The position numbers and the translations under genes were made by a program. A DNA stretch of 64,000 nt from a virus. Taxonomy: Duplodnaviria > Caudoviricetes. Each line of letters starts with the position of its first letter. The first letter of the stretch is position 1. The DNA lies in IMG/VR virus record IMGVR_UViG_3300042539_001740; one strand, written 5' to 3'. Below are positions 63,999 through 64,000 of this stretch, in pieces. The notes under the pieces were generated by a model that was not told where the DNA came from, searched no databases, and saw nothing but the letters and a program-made list of their open reading frames with translations.

Positions 63999-64000
63999 AA

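Noticed and set aside
1-64000. Alternative genetic code (stop recoding), as in some large phages
   Set aside because: Conserved genes (terminase, portal, capsid, ClpC) are full length in code 11, and TAA, TAG and TGA are all used as stops.

Overview
A very AT-rich 64 kb segment of a T4-like (myovirus) jumbo phage. The host is most likely a Bacteroidota member, judged from TTTG-N19/20-TAnnTTTG promoters, A-rich translation starts with no Shine-Dalgarno motif, Ala-Gln signal peptides and a phage bS21. (1) 1-5.4 kb: small early-type genes, two tRNA-Leu genes and several short genes missed by the ORF track, including a DfrB/R67-like SH3 protein and an ArfA-like basic peptide. (2) 5.4-15.4 kb: a probable lysis cassette, a tmRNA with an unusually long tag, an M28-type peptidase, an N-domain-less ClpC divergent from a tandem-UVR protein, a KTSC protein and a Pol-beta nucleotidyltransferase. 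(3) 15.4-31 kb: the head module (prohead-core-like acidic proteins, terminase, portal, bS21, prohead protease, scaffold, major capsid, HNH). (4) 31-40 kb: minus-strand virion/baseplate genes and a gp55-like sigma factor. (5) 40.3-62 kb: a ~22 kb sugar-biosynthesis and glycosyltransferase island that includes a GT-NadE fusion. (6) 62-64 kb: a dUTPase fractured into two genes by a naturally split intein, with a free-standing endonuclease between the halves. Two further patterns stand out: a strand-following TATTTAT motif before late genes, and short helical peptide motifs shared by unrelated proteins (candidate capsid-targeting signals). All assignments come from reading the sequence and recalling family motifs; no searches were run.
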